Assembly: GCF_018350175.1 (NCBI RefSeq)
Contig: NC_058373.1
Location: 108,254,001 to 108,318,000 of the forward strand
Length of the DNA stretch: 64,000 nucleotides
Origin: Felis catus
Taxonomy: Eukaryota
Direction of reading: 5' to 3'
Positions 12,788 to 24,530 of the stretch are shown piece after piece. The notes under the pieces are model-generated. The model saw only the letters and a list, made by a program, of their open reading frames with translations. It ran no database searches and was not told the origin of the DNA. The number at the start of each line of letters is the position of its first letter. The first letter of the stretch is position 1. The translations under genes were made by a program, and so were the position numbers.

Positions 12788-13249
12788 AACTACGTTTCTG
12801 AGACTGCAAATGTGTCTTTCTAAGGTGGAAGTCTCCGCCTATACTGGCAATGACAGCACTCTTTCAACCAGAGGTCCTGCCTCTATATTTTAGATCCTTC
12901 CTCCTTGAGCACTCCTTTATCCCCCTTGACACTGTACTAGTATCCCGGCTTATTATTGACTTGTGTGGTTTTTTCCATTCCTGTTATGTAATTTCACTTA
13001 CAATGTGGGTCTCCCTGTGTCTAACTAGAGTTGGGCATCTTAGGTTGTATAGAAAACCAAAGAAGGCAGAATCTTGGCTTTTGAATTTCAGAGGTTAAGG
13101 CCCATGAACAAGACACACAGATTTGCAAGAATAAAGGATGTTTTAACAGTTTTCAGCCCCTTAGGAGATGGATTTCCTCAGCCTTGGAGAGAGGAAGTGT
13201 CATAAAAGAGAGCAAGGAACTGAGATCCTACTGCAGTGTGAGAAGACAA

Positions 13250-13683
13250 CAGCAGACACTGATGGGGTGCCCAACCTTACTTCCCTATCCATTCTCCTTT
13301 GCTGACAGAACCCACCTCATGTCATAGAAGCTAAAGATAAGACACTCACTTTCCCAGCGTCCCAGTGCAGCTAGAATGGAAGGAGGAGGCTTCTAAAGGC
13401 TTTTTACAAAGATTGTCTCCCCTGATTAAAAGAGATGAGAAGGAATGCCCCATCCCCCAACTTCTGGAATGCCATGTGAGAACGTGAGGTTTTGTGCTGT
13501 GGTTGTATTCTTGTCGTGAGGGGACCTGCTGCTGACAGATGAGGATGGCAAGGTAGGAAGAGGGAAGGAGTCTGAGTTTTCACTGACATTGTTGAGATGC
13601 TTTGGATTCCTTGTTCTAGGAGATAAGGTGTTTCTAGGCTTAATCCACCCTCTGCAGTTAGTGTAGTTGCAAACATCCTACAC
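13250..13683 (+). mobile_element. Old MaLR LTR (MLT1J/K-like)
   Basis: gctgacagaaccc, actcactttcccagc...tgcagctag, ggaaggagtctgagtt...tgacattgttgag motifs. Confidence 0.65.
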
Positions 13684-15310
13684 CCATTCCCTCTGCTCCT
13701 CTTCTAAGAGAAAAATTCCATTGCCGAGAACCCAGGGGGACGAAAGAACTTCCAGATAGGTTGGGGATCTATGGGGACATTTGCCTCATATCATATTAAA
13801 TGTCTTCTTTGTTGACAAACCATGCAGAGTTCTCCTTCACCACCATGGCAAGGGGATGGTAAGAAAGGCGAGGTTGTGTGGCCCATTCAAAAAGGCCCAA
13901 GACTCCTTCATAGATTTCCCTGTCACCCCAGAATGGCATGGGCAAAACAGACTTCCCCACAACAGCAATGGAAATTTCAAGGGGAGGAGTCAGCCCTGGC
14001 GAGGCTCTGGGTGTGGATGAGAAGACAGACCAGTGAATGTACGCTCAGGAACTGGCACCTGGAGGCCGTCCCCAGCTGGGGAGGTCTAATGGGCTCGGCA
14101 GTCCAGACAGAAGATGCCCATTACAGTGTGGAGATGGTGCCGAGGGCCAGATACCTCCTAACATCCCCGATGCTGTCCAGCTCTTTCCTCCCATGTGGAT
14201 GCAACCCCCAGGAAAAGTGGGGGAAAGAAACTGAACTGCCTGAGAAAAACCTGAATCAATGGAGTTTACCCTGAACCAACTAAAAAAATCAAGCTCCCTA
14301 ACAAGAGGTGGAATGGGGACAGCAGCCAGAAAGTCAACTTAGTCCTAGAAAAGCAAGCATTTTTTTTTCTTTTACATACTTGACGTGTGGACTGAAATAA
14401 TCCATCCTGCTGAAAATCCTCTACCTTAGAAAAGAAAAAACAAAACAAAACCCAGTCTTACCTCAATTCCACCCTCCCCTGAAGCACTCCATACCCATTA
14501 TTTCCTGCATGGCTAAACTTTGGGGGAGAATTACCTACACCTGGGGTCTCCACTTGTTTGACATCCACTTACTCCTCAACCCCTTCCCATCCCTCATCTG
14601 GCTCCAGGCTAATACACCTGCTATCTAACAGGTCGGTCATTCAGAAAACATTTATTGAACTTGGAGTTCTCACTTTTCAAACTCTTTCTGACTTAGAAAT
14701 GTAGGTACAATTAATGAATAAAGAGCCTCACGAATGTTCTATTGACCCTTCAAATGAGTTCAAACCCAATCCATGGTCTTCCCCCTCACACCAGCTTAAT
14801 CTCCTGATTTGTGAGCTTCAAATAGATTCCAAACTCCAGGGGCATCTTTAAGTCTTTTTTTTTTCTTTTCCTCACCTGACTCATTTCAAGACGTTTTGCT
14901 TTGGGGCCTACTCCAAAGGGTTGCTGTGAAAGACCAATGAGCCAGATCTCCATGCTTGTCAACTAGAAGTATGCCTCAGAACTGCCTGTACTAAACACAC
15001 AAAACATAAAAACAAACAACAACAACAAAAACTTATGCCCCTGGGTCCCACTCCAGATGTACTGGCTCTGGATGTAGAACCTGATCAGATTATCACTGCC
15101 TTTCTCATCTGTGTTCTGCGGACCGATCAGAAAGGACTCCTTTGTGTTGTTCTCTGCTATTCCCAGCCAGATGAGAGTGGCTTCTGATGGTGTCTTACAT
15201 ATCCTGTTGTCTTCTCAGCATCTAGCCCAGGGCTGGGATGATCCCTGCAGGGATCCCTACTGATTGGGTTCAATGTGGATCCCCAAATGCATCAAATATA
15301 TCATATTTGA

Positions 15311-15342
15311 TAGAAGGACTTTAGAAGGACTTTAGAAGGACT
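15311..15342. repeat. 11-bp tandem repeat x3
   Basis: (tagaaggactt)3. Confidence 0.9.
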
Positions 15343-16291
15343 AAGCCATGCGAAGCCTGCCACGTGCTTCAGAACACATGTTTGAGCTGTTTGATTCTTT
15401 ACATAAAGGGTCTGGGGCTCTCATGTACCACTGTCCCTGACATAGCAGGAGTCCATCAGAAATTGGTTTGTGAACTTCAAGAAGATGTATACAACTCTCA
15501 CAGACAGCTTCAGCTCAGAGCCCTCCCAAAGCATGCATGAATGGCCTGAGGCCACAAAAGGGCTTGCCTCACTCATTCTGGCTGATCCACTTTCCCAAGC
15601 GTCCACTCTTAGTCAGCTGGCTGGGCTGCGGTTTGGCCCGTGGTCACCTGTCAGTCAGTTGCTCATCCAGTCGGCATCCAATCAGTTGGCTATTTATTCA
15701 TTCATTTCCTCATGCAGGCCTCCAGTCATACAGTCGTCCATCCACCCGCCCAACAGATAGTTACTGAGAGCCTACTATGTGCCAGCCTCTATTTTTACAC
15801 TGGAGACAAAACAGACGGTAACATAAGGGGCACAGGACCCCCGGAACCTACCAGCAGGTTTCCCAGCAGTCTTCTCGTCTGTCCGGGAGGATTGATGTCT
15901 GGCACCTGGCTAAGCGTTGCCCCCCACTCCCAACTCTTCATGCTTTGCTCTTTCCAGCTGGGGTTGAGCACTGACTCTTGGGTCCCAAGCCCCGGACAGG
16001 AAGCTTGGACAGAGATGAGGTGGAAATTGTGAAGGTGACATGAAAACAAGAACGTAGCAGGGAATATAGCGGGAAAGGCGGCCTGGCGAGGCAGCCTGGC
16101 GAGGAGACCCTGGCGTGGGTGGCCAAGAGCGTGTTTCCAGGTTGCTGCCTTCCTTGTCTTTGGGGGAGGGGAGAGGTGAGGAGGTGGGAGGGAGGACTGG
16201 TGCTGCGAGTCGGAGAGGGGTGGGTCAGCCGCCGGGGCGAGCTCCACCGCCTCTGACCCGCGGGACTGGGCTCTCGGGGCACCGGCGGGGC

Positions 16292-16312
16292 CGGCGGCGG
16301 CGGCGGCGGCGG
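16292..16312 (+). repeat. (CGG)7 trinucleotide repeat in the probable 5' UTR/promoter
   Basis: Read directly. Confidence 0.95.
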
Positions 16313-16470
16313 GCGGGGGCGCGGGGCGGCGCGGCGGGGGCGCGCGGCGGGAGGGGCTGTGCGCGGCGCGGTTCCCGAGCGCGCGGGGCCTGGCGAGGAG
16401 CGCGCGCCCGGCCGGCTCGGCTCAGGGTACCCCAGCCGCGGGCGGCCGCCCAGCAGCCCCTGGCCGGACC

Positions 16471-16483
16471 ATGGCGACTGGCA
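16471..16483 (+). CDS. SYT16: Coding part of first exon (M-A-T-G plus 1 nt, phase-1 intron); tentatively synaptotagmin-16, transmembrane-containing isoform
   Basis: Strong Kozak ggaccATGG followed at once by donor GCA|GTAAGT inside the CpG island. Identity is from recall only: vertebrate SYT16 long isoform begins MATDITPEAI (13-nt first exon, phase 1, very long intron 1). Only 4 codons are visible, so the exon is more certain than the symbol. Confidence 0.55.
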
Positions 16484-17316
16484 GTAAGTGCGCTCGGGCC
16501 GCCGAGGCCCCGGGTGGGAGGCCGCGGGGCCCACGGGTGGGAAGTTCTCCTCTTTCCGACGCCTGCCTTTGTGCCAGTCTCGCGGGAGCAGCGGCCCGGG
16601 TCCCCCCACCTCAGCCCCGGGCGACCCCCTGCCCCTCTGCCCATCAGCCTCTGCCGCCTGTGGGACTTGAGAGGCGCAGGTGGTTCTGGCAGCCCGCCCG
16701 GGAGGGATGTGGCCGAAGGGCGTGCTCCGATGTGGAGGGGACACAGCGATGCCGCGGGGCCTGTCATCGAGCCCTTTGGGGGCAGTGCCCCCAGGCCCAG
16801 ACCCAGCCTGTGGAGATCCCTGCCACTGAGGCGCCGCGGGCTTTTGGCGCTGTCAGTTCAAGGTTCGCCTGGAGTTTGGGTTGGATTTGTGCGCTTGCCT
16901 TCTGGGGATCAGGGTGGCTTGACTGGTCGGCTGCCCAGTGGCCCCCCACCTGGGCCATGTTCCCAGCGGGCAGCTGAGGGACGGCCAGAGACCGCATCTG
17001 GTCACCACCGACGGTAAGCGAGGTTAGCGCGTGGTCGTAGGTTAAAACTACTGAATGGAAGTGTTGGAAGGCGCTGAGCTGGCCTCCTTTGAGCATCTTG
17101 GCACCACTGCTTTCTTGGCTCAGTGCTTTTGGAAACGGAATCACGTCTATGAAAGCTGGTTAAGTAAGCTGTATTGGAAACTGGATGCATATTAATAGAG
17201 TCTCAAAGGGAGGTCAGAGTGAAACCATCAGTCACACCTGCCCCATACTTACCTTGTAGGAGGTGCTGTCTCCGAAGCCCTTACCACACCGCGCAGGTTA
17301 GGGAACCCTTCAACCA

Positions 17317-17343
17317 ATGAATGAATGAATGAATGAATGAATG
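17317..17343. repeat. (ATGA)n microsatellite
   Basis: Read directly. Confidence 0.9.
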
Positions 17344-17445
17344 GTGTATTGGTTAGAGAGGAGCTTTGGCAGGCATTTTTGAGGTGTGAGACAGGAAAAA
17401 AGATGGGAAGATGGAGGTCCACATTTCTGCAATAATTATTATTTT

Positions 17446-17626
17446 TCTTTTTTTTTTTTAAGTTTGTCTTTTTTGAGAGAGAGAGTGTGAGTGGGGGAGT
17501 GGCAGAGAGAGAGGAGAGAGAGGGCCCTACATGGGGGCTCAATCCCACCAGCCGGGAGATCATGACCTGAGCCCCAAGCCAAGAGTCCAGGCTTAAGCTT
17601 AATCGACTAGGCCACCTAGGTGCCCC
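17446..17626 (-). mobile_element. CanSINE with internal deletion
   Basis: Antisense head ending ggtgcccc, GA tract, T tail. Confidence 0.88.
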
Positions 17627-17768
17627 TGTTTCTGTTTTAAACAAATTGTTATCCCAGCCAAGAATACAGCTTTGGTATAGTACAGAGTGTGTAGGTTTTT
17701 GTAGCCAAACAGTATTTTAAACTTACAATATGTACTAGTAGTGCGGCCACACAAATATCCTCGGTTTC

Positions 17769-17946
17769 TTTTTTTTTAATATTTATTTATTTTGAGAGGG
17801 GAGTGGGGGAGAGAGAGAATCCCAAGCTGGCTCCACACTGTCAGCTCAGGGCCCTATGAGGGGCTTGATCTCACAAACTGTGAGATCATGACTTTAGCCA
17901 AAATCAAGAGTGGGACACTTGACCGACTGAGCCACCCAGGCACCTC
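17769..17946 (-). mobile_element. CanSINE
   Basis: Antisense SINE within a MIR-like remnant. Confidence 0.9.
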
Positions 17947-18983
17947 TCCATTTCTTTATCTTTAAAGTCAGGATAAAGGGTAAAATATCTTTTGGATAGT
18001 GATGGGCACACAATTGGTCCTCAGTAAAGGGTGGTTGCCTGCCCTCTTTACCATCATTTTATATGTGTGGAGATACCAACATCATTTCCTCCTTTTTTTA
18101 ATAAAAATCTAGTCATGTTTTTATAATAAAATCAGCTAATCTGGGCCAAGCTTCCCCTTTTCTCTCCTCATTTATAACTTTTTTTTTCTTTCTTTCCTTT
18201 TTTTTTTTTTTTGGTCTAGGGAAAGAAATTATGGATTTAGGCTTTTGTTAACAAAGTAAGACTCAACAAAGAAAAAGATAATTACATTTGGCCTTATTCT
18301 TGTGTTTCTTAAGAAAAACAAAGGAGCTTGATGTATCTATAGGCATTTGTGCATCACACAAATGCAGTATGATAGTGTTCTATTATTCATTTCCTATATT
18401 TTGGGCAAAGAAGATACATTTGGTATTCTGGAAAAAAGTTGGCCTTGCTTCTGTCCCAATTTATTTAGATAAATGTTTCTTCTACTTCCTTATATGGTAT
18501 TTTCAACTCTCCTGAAGAATCAAACTTTATTCCATTGATTTTGTTTATGGAAAAATTATAATATTTAACCAGATTACCTCATGAGCTGATTTTTAGGCAC
18601 AGTCTGAAATCTGTTTATTCTCAACTGGGATGGAGCTGGAAATCTGAAAAGTTTCCAGGGTGTAGAGGATAATTAGTTTGTCTTTGTTCTTATTCAGAAG
18701 TGATGTGAGTGACTTACAACACGTCTCTGCTGTGGAAACGAAGAGAAGGGAGGTATTCTCAGCCAGTGTCTTGAAAAATTCTCCCTACATCTTGACTATG
18801 TTTACAGCTTCAAGTCCCATAGTCCTCTTATAGTTAGTGTGAAAGTGGTCCCGAAACTAGAGTCCAGGGCTCCTCCCAGACAGAGTTCTCAGCCTGGCTG
18901 TGTATTAGAATTACCCTAAGAGCTTAAAGAACAAAAACAAAAACAAAAACCCTCTGGTACCTATCTATCATCTATCTTTTAAC

Positions 18984-19195
18984 ATTTTTAAAACGTTTAT
19001 TTATTTATTTTGAGATGGAGAGAGAGTGTGTGAGTGGGGAAGGGGCAGAAAGAGAGGGAGATAGAGAATCCCAAGTAGGCTCTCCACTGTCAGCACAGAG
19101 TCCTACATGTGACTTGATCCTATGAACTGTGAGATCATGACCTGAGCCAAAATCAAGAGTAGGTCACTTAACCGACTGATCCACCCAGGCACCTC
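18984..19195 (-). mobile_element. CanSINE
   Basis: Antisense SINE between MER5-like segments (18880-18930, 19340-19470). Confidence 0.92.
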
Positions 19196-19200
19196 TCTCT

Positions 19201-19212
19201 TCCTTCCTTTCT

Positions 19213-19296
<84 letters not shown>

Positions 19297-19313
19297 TTTT
19301 CTTTCTTTTCTTT
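19201..19313. repeat. (TTTC)n microsatellite
   Basis: Read directly. Confidence 0.97.
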
Positions 19314-20053
19314 CTATGTAAGTTTCAGACTTAAATGTGTATTTTATTGACCTGGAAGCCTTGTTAAAACAGATTGCTGGGCTCCACTCCTAAGTTTCCA
19401 ATATAGTAACTCTGGATTGCTGCTGGAAAGTTGACATTTCTAACAAGTTCCAGTTGATGTTGAGGCTCCTGTGCTTCCTGTCCTTCTCTCTATCTCTGCA
19501 GGTGAGAGGCAGGTCTGTATATAGAGTGACAGTCACTTCTTAGGCAGTCCTGTCCTGTCACTGGGCAGTGAGGACATGGCCTCATTAAGATATCAGACCT
19601 GGGCACAGTGCTGCCTTAGGGCTATAGCTGATTGCTCTCCCCATTTTTCTCCCCCAGGAAATTTCCCCTTGAGAGAAATATTGGTTCTAAAGCCAGGCAA
19701 AATCTCAATGCTCTACTCCAGTAATTTCTGGAAGGAATCCAGAAGGACCTTCTTTATGAATGTGGTATGTAAATGGATATAAAAAACAGAGATACTTTAA
19801 AAATATTTGCCTGGCAACTTATAACCTTCACAAAAAAAGAATGTAACAAATAGAACGAAAATATCCTTATGTCCAGCCAACATGCTAAGGGCCGATTCCC
19901 TAGGAGGAATGGAGAATTAGAGGACCTCAGCTTTGTGTTCAGTGAGTTGTCATGAAATGGTACGGAACTTGTGATCTTCAAACTAAATTCCCCTGGGCTA
20001 TTCATATTTTTATTTGTATAATTCAGGTTATATGATCTTGAAAACATTGAAGA

Positions 20054-20277
20054 GGGGTGCCTGGGTGGCGCAGTCGGTTAAGCGTCCGACTTCAGCCAGG
20101 TCACGATCTCACGGTCCGTGAGTTCGAGCCCCGCGTCAGGCTCTGGGCTGATGGCTCGGAGCCTGGAGCCTGTTTCCGATTCTGTGTCTCCCTCTCTCTC
20201 TGCCCCTCCCCCGTTCATGCTCTGTCTCTCTCTGTCCCAAAAATAAATAAAAAACGTTGAAAAAAAATTAAAAAAAA
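20054..20277 (+). mobile_element. CanSINE, young felid subfamily
   Basis: TSD aaaacattgaaga at 20041-20053 and 20278-20290. Confidence 0.97.
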
Positions 20278-21129
20278 AAAACATTGAAGAAGAAAGTGGG
20301 AGGAATTGTAATAGGAAAAAAGGAGGAGAGACTAGCAGGAAAAAAATGCTGTTAGCATGAACAGCCCAGTTATTATATAAAGTGGTGGTACTTAGGTATT
20401 TGAACGATGTTTCTCGATTGCCTCATTAACAAGTGCTCCAGATTATTTTGCGTTTCCAAATCCCAGTGAAGTATTTTTTTTCTTTTTTTTCCATTTATGT
20501 CATTTGTTTCATTACTGATATTTCTCCTTATGAGTCTTTATTATTGAAGTCATTGCTATCTGTTTATGAGAATAGTTTCTGAGGAACAGCTAGGCATGTT
20601 GGGGCATTGTTGGGAATATGTAATTATATTACACCCCAGAAATCTCAGGCAAGTCTCAAGTGGATGGGTCTTTGTGGCTGTTGTTGATGGACATTTAACA
20701 TTTGGCTTCATAAGGGAAACATCTGGTCCCCATCTGGTTGCTCCTGGTTTACTGGTTGAACTTGTGCCATTTTTGTTGGTCCATTCACAAGCTGATTGTT
20801 GCTACCCACAGGCGACCTCGGCCAGTGGCCATTCCCTCCCTTCTACTTTTGGTCAGTAACTTGTAGTTTGTTTTTTTCCCCATCTACCTACCCCAGCAGC
20901 AATTTCCACTCTGTGCCAGTGCCCAGGATAGAAGGAAGAGAGAGCAGGGAGAGGAAAAATCAAATGCAGGGCCTTAGCAGGTGAAGGCTGGAGCTTCTGG
21001 AGACAGTTACTTGAGCTGTTCAGGATTTAGCATATTTAGGATTTAAAAGAAAATCGCTTGACTTTGAGTGAAAATGGATTTGTTCTTGAGTAAAATGATT
21101 TCCAATTCTAAGGATTATTTTTAAAAACT

Positions 21130-21343
21130 TACGAATAATGGCAATTAAAAAATATAGACCAACTAAAAGTTGGAAAATTACTCCTTTGCAACCATCACAG
21201 TAACAATTGATTCCTGCAAGAATCATCCATGGATGCCAAACTATTGTGTGAAAACTCGAAGACCAGAATATTTACATTCTTGGAGAATTTCCCCACAGGG
21301 GACTTATTAATTGCAAAGAGAAGACGGTAATTTTATTTTATTT

Positions 21344-21390
<47 letters not shown>

Positions 21391-22248
21391 TTTTTTCAAC
21401 GTTTATTTATTTTTGGGACAGAGAGAGACAGAGCATGAACGGGGGAGGGGCAGAGAGAGAGGGAGACACAGAATCGGAAACAGGCTCCAGGCTCTGAGCC
21501 ATCAGCCCAGAGCCCGACGTGGGGCTCGAACTCACAGACCGCGAGATCATGACCTGGCTGAAGTCGGACGCTTAACCAACTGCGCCACCCAGGCGCCCCA
21601 GATGGTAATTTTATAGTAGAGAAACCTGGGGGTTCACCACCCTATCCAAATAATCAAAGTTAATATCACTGGTAATGGGGCAAACTGATATCCTGTGCTT
21701 CCTGGTATGAAGCACTGAGAGTACTTGTGCCAAAAATGTATAATCTGGTTCTAAGCAAGAGGAAATGTCAGACAAACCCAAATCCAGAGACATTTCACAA
21801 AAGTCTATAGCATGAACAATGGCTGAGACACTATTCCAGATTAAAGGAGACAAAAGAGACAAATGCTATGGATGATCTTGGATCAGATCCTAAACTAGGA
21901 AAAAATGTTACAAAGGACAATATTATGATAATTGGTGAAATTTTAATACAGTTTGTATATTGAATAATAGTCTTATAGCAAAGTTAACTTCCTTAAATAT
22001 GCTATTTTTATTGTAGTTTGGAAGGGAATGAGCTCATTCTTAGGGGAAACTGAAGTATTTACTGGTAAGGGGACATAATGTCTGCAACCAAATCTCAAAA
22101 GGTCTAGGAGAAAAATATGTACGTGTGTGTGCATTTATATGTATATGTGTGTTATACAAAAAAGGTAAAGGGCACATGACACATTTTTAACATTTGGGAA
22201 ATCTAGGAGTGCTTTGTACTATTCTTGCAAATCTTCTGTTAAAAAAAG
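21130..22248 (+). mobile_element. L1MC/L1MD-type 3' end, interrupted by a SINE
   Basis: atcaaagttaatatcact...ggaaatgtcagacaaacccaaat...ctttgtactattcttgcaa 3' UTR motifs. Confidence 0.8.
21337..21599 (-). mobile_element. CanSINE, young felid subfamily with (TTTA)n tail
   Basis: TSD aga(c/t)ggtaattttat at 21322-21336 and 21600-21614. Confidence 0.97.
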
Positions 22249-22542
22249 AGAGAAAACCCCCCGACAACTTACAAATGGCAATGCTAGTTCTAGGCAGTAT
22301 GGTCTGGTACCATTGAGTTTACTTTTTGAAATAAATCGTGTTGAAAGACTGAATTCTAAACTCCTAATTTTGGTTTTAGATCATAACTTTAACAAGACTG
22401 TTTATTATAGAAAATTTATATACATGAAAAAGAAGAGAGAATGGTGTAATAAACCCGCATGCACTCATTATTTTTTTGGCAATTTGTTGCATCTGTCTCC
22501 CCACTACTTTTTTGGGAGGAGGTATTTTAAAAGCAAATTCAA

Positions 22543-22703
22543 GGGGTATGTGGGTGGCTTAGTTGGTTGAGAGACTACTCTTCATTTTGGCTCAGGACAT
22601 GATCTCAAGGTTCATGGGATCAAGCACTATGTTGAGATTCTCTCTCTCTGCCCCTCTCCGGCTTGCACGTGCTCTCTCTCTCAAATAAACAAAAACTTAA
22701 AAC
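22543..22703 (+). mobile_element. Diverged CanSINE with internal deletion
   Basis: Head, CT tract and tail recognisable. Confidence 0.8.
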
Positions 22704-23034
22704 TCGAGAAATCATGTCACTTTAACCACTGATGCCTCAGTGTGCCTCTGTGTACACTTTTCCCCTCCCATAACACCCACGCTGCTAGTGCACTTAGGAA
22801 AAGTAACAATTCTGCAGTAAGAAAGGATAACATTTGGATATTGTTATTGTTACAGAATAGTAGCCAGAGTTCTGAGAAATGTATCAGTTTGACATATATG
22901 GGTTGTACACTTGTTTTAAGTTTGAAAAGCTTACTAAACCTGGTAATTATAAATGGTGTAGAAAAAAGGATCTGAGAAGCTGGTTGTTCTTGTTGTGTTT
23001 TCCAAACTCCTCCTCCTGATTTTGTTTTTGTTTC

Positions 23035-23085
23035 TTAATTTTTTAAAATGTTTATTTTTGAGAGAGAGAGAGAGAGCAGTGGAGG

Positions 23086-23133
<48 letters not shown>

Positions 23134-23257
23134 CTGAAGCAGGCTCCAGGCTTCAAACTGTCAGCACAGAGCCCAACAGGGGGCTCCAACCCATGAACTG
23201 TGAGATCATGACCTGAGCTGAAGTTGGACACTTAACTGACTGAGCACCCAGGCCCCC
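23035..23257 (-). mobile_element. CanSINE with expanded (GA)n
   Basis: Antisense SINE; (GA)n at ~23089-23131. Confidence 0.93.
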
Positions 23258-24023
23258 CTCCTCATCCTCCTGTTTTTAAACCAAGAATTAAACTTGAAGA
23301 AAACATGAAGATAGGCATGAGGACCCTATTCTAGACTGATTTACCTATTTGATGTTACCCTATTGAAACATTCTGAAAGTCAGAATGGCTAACGTCATAC
23401 TGAATGAGGAGAATTCCATATGTTTTAAGTTCAGTATGGCAACTTTGATTTGGTAAGCCCAGAGAAGCCTTTTCTTGCTGAACTGAGTCTCTAATGTTTT
23501 GTATAGAAATGGGCTAGATCTCTTGGGAGGAATAAGCCTCTTCCTGCATATGGTAGATTTGGATGACATTTGTTCTTTTAGGTCACTAGGATGTTATTTA
23601 GTTATAAACTATTATTTAACTCTTATGGGTTTATAAAAAGATGCCCATTATGCCATTTAACAGTGATTATGTATATATTAAAATGATGGTAAAACTCACT
23701 GACAGTTCTTTCTAATAAACTAAGGAGATATCTAAGGTATATATTGCAAATAAAATTCTTATACACAGATATTATACTCCCAGTTATAGATTATGCACAT
23801 CGGATTGTAGTCAGTTTAAGTTTATGCATACATACTATTTACAATAGATTTTCTTAGAAAATAAGAGTATAGTATTCCTGAGAGTTCTAATTTTAGGAAT
23901 GCAATAGGCCACATTTTATAGTTTGATTTACAGTGAAATGAAGGTTAAGTGACATAAAATGATTTTATCCACCCTATGTGAAAATTACCCTGGCTTACGT
24001 ACTAATATATTTATGTACTATTT

Positions 24024-24250
24024 CATTTTATTTTTTTAACTTTTGTAGTGTTTATTTATTTTTGAGACAGAGAGAGACAGAGCATGAGCGGGGGAGGGGT
24101 AGAGAGAGAGAGAGGAAGACAGAATCCGAGGCAGGCTTCAGGCTCTGAGCTGTTAGCACAGAGCCCGACGTGGGGCTCGAACTCATGAGCCATGAGATCA
24201 TGACCTGAGCTGAAGTCGGACGCTTAACCAACTGAGCCACCCAGGCACCC
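24024..24250 (-). mobile_element. CanSINE
   Basis: TSD tatgtactattt at 24012-24023 and 24251-24262. Confidence 0.96.
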
Positions 24251-24342
24251 TATGTACTATTTTAATTATAATCTATTAACCACTCAAAATTAGATTTTCA
24301 ATTGACTTAGCTCAATAGATAATTGAAAACGTTGATGAACTC

Positions 24343-24530
24343 AGCGTGGTGGTGGAAGAAGGTACAGGCTTAGTTTCAGAAGAGCCCAAGTTCTGACCTC
24401 TGGACCTAACACTCACTGCCTGGGCAACCTCAGGTAAACTGTTTAACTTCCCAGAGCTTTGTCTTACTCCACTTTGAGAAGTTGCAAAAATTAAATGAGA
24501 TGGTGAACATAGTAGGCATTAAATGTCTCC
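24343..24530 (+). mobile_element. MIR
   Basis: actcactgcctgggcaacctcaggtaaactgtttaacttc...attaaatgagat resembles MIR. Confidence 0.65.

Larger units (their letters stand above)
16070..17050. promoter_or_regulatory. CpG island / promoter of a + strand gene
   Basis: Abrupt very GC- and CpG-rich ~1 kb block in CpG-depleted background; GC boxes; contains a Kozak ATG and splice donor. Confidence 0.93.

Noticed and set aside
15938..17017. Long ORFs (300, 268, 180, 168 aa) over the CpG island
   Set aside because: Low-complexity Arg/Gly/Pro/Ala translations on both strands caused by stop-codon scarcity in GC-rich DNA; the real ATG is followed by a splice donor after 13 nt
16846..17280. REST/RE1 sites (ggcgctgtc at ~16847, ggtgctgtc at ~17261)
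   Set aside because: Only half-sites; the adjoining GGTGCTGAA half is absent
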